The position numbers were made by a program, and so were the translations under genes. Below are positions 21,720 to 31,744 of a DNA stretch of 64,000 nucleotides, piece by piece. The stretch is from a virus. The notes beneath the pieces are model-generated. The model worked only from the letters and a program-made list of their open reading frames with translations. It did no database searches and was not told the origin of the DNA. The stretch lies in the IMG/VR virus record IMGVR_UViG_3300020477_001105, positions 32,001 through 96,000 of that record; one strand, 5' to 3'. Each line of letters opens with the position of its first letter. The first letter of the stretch is position 1.

Positions 21720-22586
21720 TTATAACCCGATGAAGAGATTTGCATCTACTGCAAGAATAGCATTTTTACCGGAAGCGTCTTTATAAGTTAAAGGTCCGTC
21801 TCTAAACTTCTTAAGCTTATTGATATAATTAGAAACTCCAGATATTACCCCAGATGGAAGTTTTTGTAAAATTGCAATATTGTCGTCTAATAAGGAGACA
21901 TCAGTGAAATTTAACGTTGTGCTTTTGTCTCCCTTGTTGATCACAATGGACTTAATATATTTGCATATCTCAACAAAGAACACCTCAGATACGACCTTCT
22001 CAATATCTTGAACTACCTTTTCGGCATCTTTTGTCTCGAAGTTGTCTTTATAGACATTTTGAAAATACGTATTCAGAGCATAATCAGTTTCTATGGACGG
22101 GATACCGAGATTAACGTCAATGTTACCTGACTTGTATTCATACGTTTTGCTATAGGTCATAAGACCGTCATCGATGCGGGTCTTTTTGAGTTTATCTACT
22201 ATCTTACCTAGCTCAACTACCACGGTTTTATCGTCATCTATGATGTCAATAGTGTCGTTGGAATATGCACGGAGCTGCAGCATAATAGCATCTCTATCTA
22301 GAGTAGTTAGAGTATAGCCGAGCTTAGCATCATCCTCAGTACAATTGTTAGCTATGATTTGATTGAAATTGTTGACAACTTGTAATCCGGCAGAAACTCC
22401 ATATACATCTTTTTGTGCACCGATCTGAAGCTCCATAATGCCCTTCATCTGCGATACATCTAGTGGTCTAAATTTAATTGTCTTGCCAAGAGTAGGGCAC
22501 CATGCTTCAACTGGATTGTCTGTATAAAACTCTTCAATATCCTGCAGGACATCCATGTAGTTGGTTTGTGCAGTATTACTCATCAA
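21720..22586 (-). CDS. Baseplate hub assembly protein, gp26-like
   Basis: KTIKFRPLDVSQMK...LTTLDRDAIMLQLRAYS...LQKLP. Confidence 0.65.
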   Translation of the reverse strand: MMSNTAQTNYMDVLQDIEEFYTDNPVEAWCPTLGKTIKFRPLDVSQMKGIMELQIGAQKDVYGVSAGLQVVNNFNQIIANNCTEDDAKLGYTLTTLDRDAIMLQLRAYSNDTIDIIDDDKTVVVELGKIVDKLKKTRIDDGLMTYSKTYEYKSGNIDVNLGIPSIETDYALNTYFQNVYKDNFETKDAEKVVQDIEKVVSEVFFVEICKYIKSIVINKGDKSTTLNFTDVSLLDDNIAILQKLPSGVISGVSNYINKLKKFRDGPLTYKDASGKNAILAVDANLFIGL

Positions 22587-22612
22587 TGTTATTTACAGAA
22601 AGAACTCGTTTT

Positions 22613-23494
22613 TCAACCTTTCAGGCTGTTGTTAGGGTTTACAGATTGTCCGGATTGTTGTTTCTGTTCTTCTTCTTTCTGCTTTTTAATTTCCTCGTTA
22701 ATAATATTATAATATAACATTAGTTCAGCAGGGGCACAGTTGTTTATACTTTCATGCGTGAAGTTAAAGTGTTTAATTAGCGTGTATTCGGTTTCATAAA
22801 ACTGCTTGAGATCTGTATTGAAGAATAACCTGATTATCTCTGCAATTGATCTATTGATAAAAGATAAGTGCATTTCTTGATCTGATCCTAGCTTAATTAC
22901 AGGTGTCGTTTTTAGTATTTGTTCCTGTTCATATAAAAACTCTAATACACTAGATAATACAAACGAAGGCAACTTATCAATTACCTCTCTCCTCTGATCT
23001 AGAGTTAATTCTCTTGCGTCAATAGCATTACCGTTAAACTCAATAACATCAATACTACTAGTAATCATATCTAACTGATTTTCCGCAGCTAACACTTTAG
23101 GTATTGTTCCTTCAACCTTAATACCATTTTTATCAATATTAAAAGTGTGTGCTACTTTATGCTGTTTAATCTTATCAATGACATCATTAACACTAATTTC
23201 AAATTGCTCTTGCCTGCCTTTGTCGACGATAGTTGTAAATTTAGCAACTGGTGAGACATTGTATGCTCTAATACCTAATAATATTCCTAATTTGTCAATA
23301 CACGAAAGGTTGTCAGTATCAATATCATTAACTGATAGATCCTTAATAAGAGTACTAACGAACATTTCTAGAATATTTGTATCACCGTTAAGAAGTACTT
23401 TAACAAAATTTTTATTTTGCCTGTGAGTGAATTGTTTGAAGTATAGAACGCTATCAGTAGATATTTGTTCTACAGGGTATATAAAGTCACTCAT
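22613..23494 (-). CDS. gp26-like hub assembly protein with gp51-like C-terminus
   Basis: LSCIDKLGILLGIRAYNV...IDKLP, then FYETEYTLIKHFNFTHESINNCAPAELMLYYNII. Confidence 0.6.
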   Translation of the reverse strand: MSDFIYPVEQISTDSVLYFKQFTHRQNKNFVKVLLNGDTNILEMFVSTLIKDLSVNDIDTDNLSCIDKLGILLGIRAYNVSPVAKFTTIVDKGRQEQFEISVNDVIDKIKQHKVAHTFNIDKNGIKVEGTIPKVLAAENQLDMITSSIDVIEFNGNAIDARELTLDQRREVIDKLPSFVLSSVLEFLYEQEQILKTTPVIKLGSDQEMHLSFINRSIAEIIRLFFNTDLKQFYETEYTLIKHFNFTHESINNCAPAELMLYYNIINEEIKKQKEEEQKQQSGQSVNPNNSLKG

Positions 23495-23507
23495 GTATAA
23501 TGACTTA

Positions 23508-24884
23508 TTACAAGCCTAACATATTACGACCAGAATTCATAATACCATTAGCTATTCGACCAGGCATACCTAATAATCCACCACCGCTTCGTTTAGATTT
23601 AGCAGGAAGGGATACCGCATTACCGCCAAACGCTGCATCGTCCCATGCTGCCATTTCTAGTGCATGATTAATGCCTCCCTCAGGTAAAATAGCTTGATAT
23701 CTCGTAAATACAAATTCAACGTCTCTTCTATCTGGGCCACCTTCCGGTGTATACGAGTACCTCTCGTTAGCAACGTTAATAGGGAAACAATCCTTAAAGT
23801 GGAACATTTTTCTTAATACAAATCCACGCACGTTAGCCATCTGACCGGGATCACCTCCACCAGCAGCATGATGAGAAGCTGGATCTACACCCATGCGACC
23901 GAAATTTAACAGGAACATATCTGTCTTAATATCCAAATCAGCGACTGGTCTAGCTACTAACCCATAATGTGATGTTTGAATAACCCACGGACGTATCAAA
24001 AAATCAACAAACGATACATTTGTTTCTAAAAATTCTACGTTTAAAGATCCGAACGGGTTACGCTGTTTCACAACAGGGGCCTTAATAAAGCCTCTATTAG
24101 GAATACCAACAGTTTCAGTACCTAAATTCTCTGGCGGGATACCAACTGTTTGTGCAAATGCACATCCAATATGAGATCTATACATTGGAGGTGTATGTAC
24201 AGTTTCACGTCCCATATCAACACCCCATGATGCATTAATCTCTTCACCCCATCCCTGCATACCATAACTAGTGGTACCAGGAGCTGGAGCGTCATTGCTT
24301 TCTTCATTTACAGAAGTTAGATTATCTTTAATAGCTGGTGGAACGTTAAATACTAGACACCATAGCTGATTTAATGGCAATGAAGATTCCCACTTACTTA
24401 AAACATTAAAAAAGTGGCTTCTAACAGCTACCGGGTTACCTGTTGCATCAAACACATTATTAATGATTTGCTCGCTGTTACCTATTAATTTTTCTAGATT
24501 AGTTTTTAAATCTAACCCGTAAGCATTTTTTGTGATAGGTTTATTAGTGGCGGTGTAATCTGTAGCAGGCTTCGCTGCAGCGGGTGGAGCAACCGGAGCA
24601 GTAGGGTTCGGTGTTCCCTCTAATCCTTCACTGCCTACCCTGTTCCCTGCAGCATTTAATTTTGCAAGATTCTCACGAGATACGGGTCGAGCTTGAACAC
24701 CGGGGTCAGTAAGAGCTTTTCCGCTCTGTGGATCTATATACCCCATCTGAGACGCGTTATTATCAGGAAGGTCACTAACATCCTGTTGCGGGGTTCCCAT
24801 TCTCTGAACACGCCTTTGGTTATTGACCCGTGCACGAGCTATTTGAGCCTGTTGATAGTTCGGAGGTGGTTGTGGTGCCGCCAT
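23508..24884 (-). CDS. Tail tube initiator-like protein (gp54-like) with low-complexity N-terminus
   Basis: C-terminal tube fold (LNVEFLET...FHFKDCFPINV...RDVEFVF). Immediately downstream of gp19. Confidence 0.6.
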   Translation of the reverse strand: MAAPQPPPNYQQAQIARARVNNQRRVQRMGTPQQDVSDLPDNNASQMGYIDPQSGKALTDPGVQARPVSRENLAKLNAAGNRVGSEGLEGTPNPTAPVAPPAAAKPATDYTATNKPITKNAYGLDLKTNLEKLIGNSEQIINNVFDATGNPVAVRSHFFNVLSKWESSLPLNQLWCLVFNVPPAIKDNLTSVNEESNDAPAPGTTSYGMQGWGEEINASWGVDMGRETVHTPPMYRSHIGCAFAQTVGIPPENLGTETVGIPNRGFIKAPVVKQRNPFGSLNVEFLETNVSFVDFLIRPWVIQTSHYGLVARPVADLDIKTDMFLLNFGRMGVDPASHHAAGGGDPGQMANVRGFVLRKMFHFKDCFPINVANERYSYTPEGGPDRRDVEFVFTRYQAILPEGGINHALEMAAWDDAAFGGNAVSLPAKSKRSGGGLLGMPGRIANGIMNSGRNMLGL

Positions 24885-24893
24885 ATAAAATAT

Positions 24894-24922
24894 TTATCCC
24901 GCAACGGTCAGTTACGGGATAA
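24894..24922 (-). terminator. 12-bp hairpin after the tail tube gene, overlapping the next late promoter
   Basis: mRNA UUAUCCCGUAAC-UGACC-GUUGCGGGAUAA with one G-U pair, followed by AUAUUUUAU. Confidence 0.55.
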
Positions 24923-24943
24923 CTAATGTGATGTTAATCGGAA

Positions 24944-25489
24944 TTAAACTGGTAGAATATTACGTCTCCAGTATTGATATGCTAATGTTGCTTGGAATTC
25001 AACAACTTCACCGTTACCGGTAGTGTTATAAACCAGCTCACCAACAGTAATCGGCCAAACACCGACTAATTGGTAAACTCTAACAACATCTAAGTTAGCA
25101 TTTAATTGTGCAAGAGAAACTGTAGAATTAGCATACAACCTATAAGCACCAGTACTTGTCTCATCATCAAAGATTGAACGAGACCAATTTTCAAAGACGG
25201 TTCTAATTGCATTGTCACCATCAGCTCTAAATGTAATCTGATAACCAGTGGCATCAGGGTACTCAACGGAGCCAGGAAGGTTAAACTGCAAGCCCATGAA
25301 AGGGGTGGGTACATTCTGAATGCCACGGGCAGGAAGGTTGGCGGCAGTAGCGTAGACTAAGTCGTCTTGTGTTAATACCGGTGCACCTCTATCAGAGACG
25401 TCAAGCACTCTGAACTGGAAATCGCGTGCGAAATCGCGTTCTTGTGCAACTCGATAGAAATCTTGAATTCCTTGTTGTATGTTTGGCAT
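24944..25489 (-). CDS. Tail tube protein (T4 gp19-like)
   Basis: ARDFQFRV, ANLPAR...FMG, FENW, LVGVWP, FQATLAYQYW. Follows the sheath gene. Confidence 0.92.
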   Translation of the reverse strand: MPNIQQGIQDFYRVAQERDFARDFQFRVLDVSDRGAPVLTQDDLVYATAANLPARGIQNVPTPFMGLQFNLPGSVEYPDATGYQITFRADGDNAIRTVFENWSRSIFDDETSTGAYRLYANSTVSLAQLNANLDVVRVYQLVGVWPITVGELVYNTTGNGEVVEFQATLAYQYWRRNILPV

Positions 25490-25509
25490 ATCTTGTAATT
25501 ATTTAGTCG

Positions 25510-27894
25510 TTAAGCTATTAATTCGTTAAAGTCCTGACCAGTTCTTGTTGCGTAGAAGTTAACCAGGATAAACTCAGCAGCACGTACCGGTTTAATGTAG
25601 ATGTCAACTACTAACTCGTTCTGATCAATAACGTCAGGTGTGTTGTTTCTTTCATCACAAATGATGAGGTAGTCATACATACCTTGTGTGTTTTTAACTC
25701 TATCAAAGATAGGTGTTAAATTATTCAGTACCTGTGTTCTTGTTAGTACTGTGTTTGGCTCGAATACGTAGAACTTCATCGTTTGTCTTACGAGCTTCTC
25801 GAGGTACAAGAACAACCTTCTTACATTAACTCTATCGAATGCGCTCGGCTTCTTGAACATGGTCTTCTGACCCCAAATTACGAAACCTTCATTCGGGAAT
25901 TGATGTACTGGGTTAATACTGATTCTATATAACTGATCTCTGTGCTTCTGCGCAGGAATTACTGCGAGATCATTTACACCACCAAATCTACCACGGGTAA
26001 ATCCAGCAGGAGCCCACCATGGGTCATATGTGTTATCAGTATTAGCAAATGTTGCTGCTGCTACACCGGAGAACGGTGCCCAGATTTGAGTATCAGATGT
26101 TCCATCATATACTCTAGCCCAGTTACCATATACAGTTGCGAAACTAGTATTAATCGAACCATATACGTGCCTCAACGGCCAATATACAGCTTGTGTAAAT
26201 ACTCTGGTCTTATCATTAAGAACCTTATCGTTTCTACCTTGTACAAAGATCCATCTCGGTGTATCAGCAATAAAGATGTGATCTTTTCTCTTGAATTCAG
26301 CAAAATTCTGGAATTCATTAAATACTGCTCTGTAATTCTGCTGCAGGTTATAACCTTCACCATGTAAGCTAGCATCAGAATTTACACCCTCGCTTAACTT
26401 ATATAAACCAGTAGAATTACTGTAATCACCCATATCAAATCTCAGGGTATCATCAAATGTCTCTAATCCAGTACCGGATAATTGCTGATACTCAGAACCA
26501 GCATAAACCGTACCTAAACCAGCTTCAACAGAAACATCAATCTGCTGTGCATCAACATTTAACAGGTTATCCATTACACGTCTAACCTTGGTCGGTACAG
26601 AACCAACAATCTTATTAACAGGATTAGCAGGCTGATATAAACCTAATGGTAGCAACGCATCCGTCATAGCTAAGCCAGTAGAGGCGTGATGTAAGCTTGT
26701 TAATACGTTTCTAGGTACACCAAAGTTACCAGAAAGTGATACGCTTGCAGAATCCGTAAGAGCTCTTTGAGATAAGAACCTTACCATCTTATTAGGTTCA
26801 TTATTGGCACTATTTGCCCATGTACCAGTATTAAGACTGATATTGGGGTTAATAATTACTTCAAGGTTAGGTGAACCGTCTTCAATATCACCTAAGAAGA
26901 ACGTCTTAGGTGTACCACCGTTTTGATTCTGTAGCTTGCGATACCCGTCAAGAGATCCCATATAAGACTCAGCTAATACATTATCTAATTTTAACGTATC
27001 AGTTGAGAACACTGATGTTCTCATCTTGAACAACCCTAAGATTGCGGTATCCTTAAATTCGTCACTAGAAACGTCAAATGTTGGTAGATTCTCAAGTTTC
27101 TCAGAAACATTACCATTACTATCTGTTGCAGTACCAGAGAGTGAGAAGTTTCTTCTCTCTGCAGGAACAACTAATGGGTTACCTACTAAGTTTTGACCGT
27201 TGCTGCTAGCATTAACACTATAGAAGTTGTTAACACTGTCAAAATCAGTCGCAGGATTCATCTGCGAGTTGTCAGTTAATGTGATGTAATAACCTTCATA
27301 CTTATCATTAATAGTAGTTTTAGCTTTATTAGTGATAATCATGCCAGCTTTACCCCAAGTATTGTGATCATTGGAGAAGCTCTCACTCGGTTTTACATGG
27401 TTAGTCCAACTAAACTGTCTTCTGTTTACTAAATCGTATTGCTCTTTACTCAGCTCAACTAAGGTTGGTCGACCAAATACATATCCAGTACCACCTGTAT
27501 CACCCACACCCGATAACGATGCACCAGCTGAATGTACGGTTGTAGGTAGTGCCTGCTCACCATTATAAGGGTAGCAAGGGAAGAATAACGCGGAATAGCT
27601 ATCACCAAAGCCCAATCCAGCTGCTGACCCGTATGGCAAGCGGGTCGTTAGCACATTTGCGTCGCTGTTAAATATACTCTTTACTGTGTGATAGAAATAT
27701 CTTTCTGCTGCATTGGTAGGTTTCCCGTATACTGTCTCAAATTCAGAGAAGCTGGCGACCTCCAGTAACTCGTCTGTTGGCCCTTGAGCTGCGAAGCCGG
27801 GTACCATGATATGAGTGCCGATAGGAAGCACAGGACGCAGAGATAAATCAATCTCATTAATTTCTACACCTGGTGATTGTATTGTACGTGCCAT
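25510..27894 (-). CDS. Tail sheath protein (T4 gp18-like)
   Basis: SPGVEINEIDLS, PWWAPAGFTRG, WGQKT, AFDRVNVRRLF, FEPN, CDERNNTPDVID, IYIKPVRAAEFI. Confidence 0.97.
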   Translation of the reverse strand: MARTIQSPGVEINEIDLSLRPVLPIGTHIMVPGFAAQGPTDELLEVASFSEFETVYGKPTNAAERYFYHTVKSIFNSDANVLTTRLPYGSAAGLGFGDSYSALFFPCYPYNGEQALPTTVHSAGASLSGVGDTGGTGYVFGRPTLVELSKEQYDLVNRRQFSWTNHVKPSESFSNDHNTWGKAGMIITNKAKTTINDKYEGYYITLTDNSQMNPATDFDSVNNFYSVNASSNGQNLVGNPLVVPAERRNFSLSGTATDSNGNVSEKLENLPTFDVSSDEFKDTAILGLFKMRTSVFSTDTLKLDNVLAESYMGSLDGYRKLQNQNGGTPKTFFLGDIEDGSPNLEVIINPNISLNTGTWANSANNEPNKMVRFLSQRALTDSASVSLSGNFGVPRNVLTSLHHASTGLAMTDALLPLGLYQPANPVNKIVGSVPTKVRRVMDNLLNVDAQQIDVSVEAGLGTVYAGSEYQQLSGTGLETFDDTLRFDMGDYSNSTGLYKLSEGVNSDASLHGEGYNLQQNYRAVFNEFQNFAEFKRKDHIFIADTPRWIFVQGRNDKVLNDKTRVFTQAVYWPLRHVYGSINTSFATVYGNWARVYDGTSDTQIWAPFSGVAAATFANTDNTYDPWWAPAGFTRGRFGGVNDLAVIPAQKHRDQLYRISINPVHQFPNEGFVIWGQKTMFKKPSAFDRVNVRRLFLYLEKLVRQTMKFYVFEPNTVLTRTQVLNNLTPIFDRVKNTQGMYDYLIICDERNNTPDVIDQNELVVDIYIKPVRAAEFILVNFYATRTGQDFNELIA

Positions 27895-27951
27895 ATAAAA
27901 TATTTATTCGTTTCGGAATTATTTTATTCTGGTTGAACCTAAAATTGTCGA

Positions 27952-28539
27952 CTAAAGTAAGTTAACATGTAGCTGAGAGAACGAGAATGTTAGGGTACTT
28001 TCAGCTTCTTGAGGATCTCTGTAATTGTACATTATTTCACCTAATCCGATGGGAAACGCTTTTGTGTAAGTAAACTCGACCACGTTTTTATTGTACTCAT
28101 TCATACCAAACACGGTAAAGTTGGTTTGATAGTCATCTAGCAGCATTCTAGGCTCCCTTTCACCTTGGGCATCATATATAGAGAGCTTGTCGTCGTTTAG
28201 TACATCTAGCCATCTCCATATATGCCAGTAGTTGTTAAATTGATTGTCGATGGTAAAGTTTACTGTAACGTCATCGTACTTAGATCTAGAGTGAGTGGAT
28301 ACGTTTAAGTGTTGACCTGCATACGGTAGATCGTTAGGTAATATAGTTACAGCTGGTACTACAACACCATATACGGAAAATTGTAGTGTATCAGGCATCG
28401 TTCTAGCATCGCTATGGTTATGTGTTGCTCGTTCTACTTTTGATACCGTATTCTTCAAAGCAGCAGGGACAGATAAAGATAGTAAAAATTTATCTAACCG
28501 GGCTTTGTTTAGTACTGACTGTTTTGCTTTATCTGCCAT
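27952..28539 (-). CDS. Tail completion/tube terminator protein (gp3-like)
   Basis: YDDVTVNFTIDNQFNNYWHIWRWL...FTYTKAFPIGLGEI...STLTFSF. Confidence 0.8.
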   Translation of the reverse strand: MADKAKQSVLNKARLDKFLLSLSVPAALKNTVSKVERATHNHSDARTMPDTLQFSVYGVVVPAVTILPNDLPYAGQHLNVSTHSRSKYDDVTVNFTIDNQFNNYWHIWRWLDVLNDDKLSIYDAQGEREPRMLLDDYQTNFTVFGMNEYNKNVVEFTYTKAFPIGLGEIMYNYRDPQEAESTLTFSFSQLHVNLL

Positions 28540-28541
28540 TA

Positions 28542-30320
28542 TTAAAAGTCTCCATAGTAATGCATGTTGTCACCTTTTTGGTTATCCCAAATATCATTAA
28601 ACTGATCTTCGTGTCTAGGTGAGGGGAATTCCCACCCTAACGTTTTAAGCTCATCAATATCACTACTCTGCTCGGTACTAGTGAAAACTATTGGTAAAGC
28701 ATTTCCGTGACTACCTATCACCTTTTCATTTGAATACATAGATACCGGATTTACAAAATGACGAGTACCGTAGTCTATAGATTTTATCATTTTAGGTTTA
28801 TGGTTGTCATCGAACTCAACAATTTCATAATATCTATCAACAACAGTTTCTTCCAACCCAATTAAAGACCATATCAACGACATAACTCTATCATCTAGAT
28901 AATTACCCTCTTTCTTTGCTGCCCAGGTACCATTAGGGTACCGTACAAATGATCTCATTTCATTAACAGTGCTAATATCATTGAATTTAACAACCTGTAA
29001 ATGGTTTACCCAATATCTCATATTAACCACACCTTTATATTTGGTATTAGTATGGGCAATAACACCTAACCTATTATCATACGACTTTGAGTGTGAGCCT
29101 TTTGGTGAAAAGGTAATTAAGTTAGAATACCCGTGCTGATTGAAAAGGTTATCAACTACTTGAGCTCCACAGTTGTTTCTCTCTACTGCAATAGGAGGAC
29201 TTCCCCAGTGTTGAGCTATCTCAAAAACCTTTGTGGTGAAATTATAGGGGGAAATAGTATTGTTATGGTATACGGCGACTTGAACAATATTCGTCAAATC
29301 TGTTATATCTAGAACTTGTACAACACTAGCATTTTCACCGACACCCTCTGCAATATCAACACCTATACCATATAAGTGGTCTTCTTTTGGTTCTTCCCAC
29401 AATAGATACTTACCTTCATCAAACACAAATTCTGGCTCAGAACAACCTAGCTTTAACCGTTCGAATAATTCTTCATCAATTACTGATTCACCTGTTTGTA
29501 AGAATACATTTCCAAATTCTTGACTAAAAGCCTCAACACTCCCAAGGGACTTCATAGTCTCCTCTTTCCACTCTTCGTCACGACCAGGGATCTCCCACCA
29601 ATCTACTCTCTCTGCCTTCCAGTTACTTTCACCCTTCTCTGCGTTGGTGTAAATTTCATGAAACAGGTTCTCGGTACCGTTAGGTGTGCTCGCAATAAAA
29701 ATTTTAGATTTTTTAGAAGATGAAATGATAGGATAGACTGATCTCCAGAAATCCTGAACTAAGTGATCATCAATAAATGCTAACTCATCAAGAACCAATA
29801 CATTACAGGAATCACCACGACCAGCATCCGATGACGTGGTTGAAATACCAATACTAGATCCATTATCTAATGCCATAGCGGTCTTACCGTACTCTACAAC
29901 ACCAGGTTTTAAGTGATTAGGTAACATCTCATATGCTAATCGCACTCTCTTAAAGATGTTAATAGCAGTCTGCTCTTTGTTAGCTACGATAAGTATTCGC
30001 TGATCTTCTTGAAAGCATGCTATCCATAAGCAATATATTGTCATTAAGGTAGTTTTACCAATCTGACGGCTAGCTAATAAACTAACAAATCTATTATCTC
30101 TTAAACTACGTAATACTCTCTTTTGACATTTATATAAGCCAATCCTCTCTCGGCCACGGTCTAGGTTAACAATATAAAAGAAGTTTTCTGCAAAATATAG
30201 TATATTACGCTTACTTTTCTTAAGCTCATTGATCATCTCCGGAGTCCACTCAAACTCAGCATCCGGTCTAGGAAGGTTCTTATTTCCTAGATAATATTTT
30301 TGATCATCTTTTTTGTTCAT
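28542..30320 (-). CDS. Terminase large subunit (T4 gp17-like)
   Basis: YLGNKNL, ASRQIGKT (Walker A), LVLDELAF (Walker B), ASTPNG, QEFG, IGVDIAEGVG, DDRVMS. Confidence 0.97.
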   Translation of the reverse strand: MNKKDDQKYYLGNKNLPRPDAEFEWTPEMINELKKSKRNILYFAENFFYIVNLDRGRERIGLYKCQKRVLRSLRDNRFVSLLASRQIGKTTLMTIYCLWIACFQEDQRILIVANKEQTAINIFKRVRLAYEMLPNHLKPGVVEYGKTAMALDNGSSIGISTTSSDAGRGDSCNVLVLDELAFIDDHLVQDFWRSVYPIISSSKKSKIFIASTPNGTENLFHEIYTNAEKGESNWKAERVDWWEIPGRDEEWKEETMKSLGSVEAFSQEFGNVFLQTGESVIDEELFERLKLGCSEPEFVFDEGKYLLWEEPKEDHLYGIGVDIAEGVGENASVVQVLDITDLTNIVQVAVYHNNTISPYNFTTKVFEIAQHWGSPPIAVERNNCGAQVVDNLFNQHGYSNLITFSPKGSHSKSYDNRLGVIAHTNTKYKGVVNMRYWVNHLQVVKFNDISTVNEMRSFVRYPNGTWAAKKEGNYLDDRVMSLIWSLIGLEETVVDRYYEIVEFDDNHKPKMIKSIDYGTRHFVNPVSMYSNEKVIGSHGNALPIVFTSTEQSSDIDELKTLGWEFPSPRHEDQFNDIWDNQKGDNMHYYGDF

Positions 30321-30337
30321 AAAAGGTTCCTACAATA

Positions 30338-30345
30338 TATAAATA
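30338..30345 (+). promoter_or_regulatory. T4-type late promoter TATAAATA (representative of more than 12 copies)
   Basis: Copies on + at 11941, 31322, 32140, 32404, 39148, 39591 and on - at 11907, 24891, 27901, 39131, 41432, 44870. All lie just upstream of starts of structural or unknown genes. Confidence 0.85.
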
Positions 30346-30350
30346 TTTAC

Positions 30351-31268
30351 ATGCCAGTACGACATATTGATGAAATTGGTGAACTATATTCCAAGAATGT
30401 TTCACCCGTAACAGATAAAGAGCTGAAACTTGAAGAACAAGAAGCTGCCAATCGCAAGAGTCTTCTTACAGAAGGTGAGGCTGTGAAGGCTAAACCCGCT
30501 AAAGATATAGCTTTTGAAGGTGAACCTAAAAAGGAAAAAGGGTTCGACGGCGCGACGACTCCTGATGGTGTAGAGAAGGCAGAATTGGATACCCAAAACA
30601 GCTCAACTGGCGAGTCTGCTTTTGGTGTTGAAAGTTTCTCTAACCCGGTGAAAAAAGAACAAAAAGAAATAAATAATTCTACAATGAAGGAAAATCAACA
30701 ACAATCACAGTCAACATTTGATCGCCTATTCGAAGATGTAATGGGTGGCGAAGAAGTAGATTTAGGCATGGAAGCTGAGCCCGGCATGGACGACATGATG
30801 GGTGGCGAAGAAGAGGACCTCGGTGGAGGTGATCTTGCTAGCAGGCTCCGTGAAGTAGCAGAACTTTTAGTTGGTATCGCTGACGACATGAGTGGAGAAG
30901 GCGGTGAAGAGGAAATCGAAGACATGGAAGATGTCGCCGAGGTTGAGGGAGATGAGTTTGGCGAGAGCTATACTAATTTCGACCACGACCATAACTTCAC
31001 TGGCGGGCAGGCAGTAGTCGACGGTGCTCACGAAAATACCGGCTTACAAGGTAAGAGTAACAAAGTATCCGGTTCCGGTCACCAAGTATCTGGTCACGGG
31101 CACGGCGAAGGTGGTGCAGGTGGACAGGAAGACGGTGGAAAACCTAAGCCCGTCGCGGGTGGTCAAGCAGTAGTTGATGGTTCTCACGAGAACGTTGGCT
31201 TGCAGGGCAAGAACAACAAAGTAGGTGGTAAAGTTTCTGGCGGTAATAAAGACTTATTCAGAGCTTAA
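30351..31268 (+). CDS. Acidic/Gly-rich late protein, possibly prohead core or scaffold-like
   Basis: Likely start ATG 30351, 5 nt after TATAAATA. E/D-rich, low complexity, with a duplicated 22-aa unit. Followed by a terminator. Confidence 0.55.
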   Translation: MPVRHIDEIGELYSKNVSPVTDKELKLEEQEAANRKSLLTEGEAVKAKPAKDIAFEGEPKKEKGFDGATTPDGVEKAELDTQNSSTGESAFGVESFSNPVKKEQKEINNSTMKENQQQSQSTFDRLFEDVMGGEEVDLGMEAEPGMDDMMGGEEEDLGGGDLASRLREVAELLVGIADDMSGEGGEEEIEDMEDVAEVEGDEFGESYTNFDHDHNFTGGQAVVDGAHENTGLQGKSNKVSGSGHQVSGHGHGEGGAGGQEDGGKPKPVAGGQAVVDGSHENVGLQGKNNKVGGKVSGGNKDLFRA

Positions 31269-31290
31269 TTCACTACAACATCCTTCATTT

Positions 31291-31322
31291 AGACCCGGTC
31301 AATATATTGACCGGGTTTTTTT
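31291..31322 (+). terminator. Intrinsic terminator
   Basis: AGACCCGGTCAAT-AT-ATTGACCGGGTTT followed by a T-run. Confidence 0.85.
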
Positions 31323-31335
31323 ATAAATACTTTTA

Positions 31336-31740
31336 ATGAAGGATAAGGATCAAAAACTAATTTGGGAAGCTTATATAACTGAGGATAAATGGCAGATTCT
31401 TCACGCCCAAAAAGCGCGCGCGCGCCCGCTAGCGGGCGCCGGTGTCCCAGACGGTAAGGCTGGTCCGCTATCTCCCATACAATCTATGATGATGGACTAT
31501 GGTATCTCACCTCAAGCACAGCAACAACACCGTCTAGATCCAGATTTTTTGACGCTGCAAACCAAAATGGGAGAATTCACCAATCCAAAAGGTTACAGTG
31601 TGCCAGCGAATTGGTGGGAGAAAGAAGCTCCAAGATTTGGGGCACAAAAAGATAAGCTTGGTCAACCGTTACCTGCTCGAAATTGGGGAGATGTAATTCG
31701 ACAATTTGGTGGCCGGTTTCCTGGATCTGGTCCAATTTAA
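31336..31740 (+). CDS. Hypothetical late protein (candidate internal head protein)
   Basis: TATAAATA at 31322-31329. N-terminus MKDKDQKLIWEAYITE. Confidence 0.6.
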   Translation: MKDKDQKLIWEAYITEDKWQILHAQKARARPLAGAGVPDGKAGPLSPIQSMMMDYGISPQAQQQHRLDPDFLTLQTKMGEFTNPKGYSVPANWWEKEAPRFGAQKDKLGQPLPARNWGDVIRQFGGRFPGSGPI

Positions 31741-31744
31741 AATT

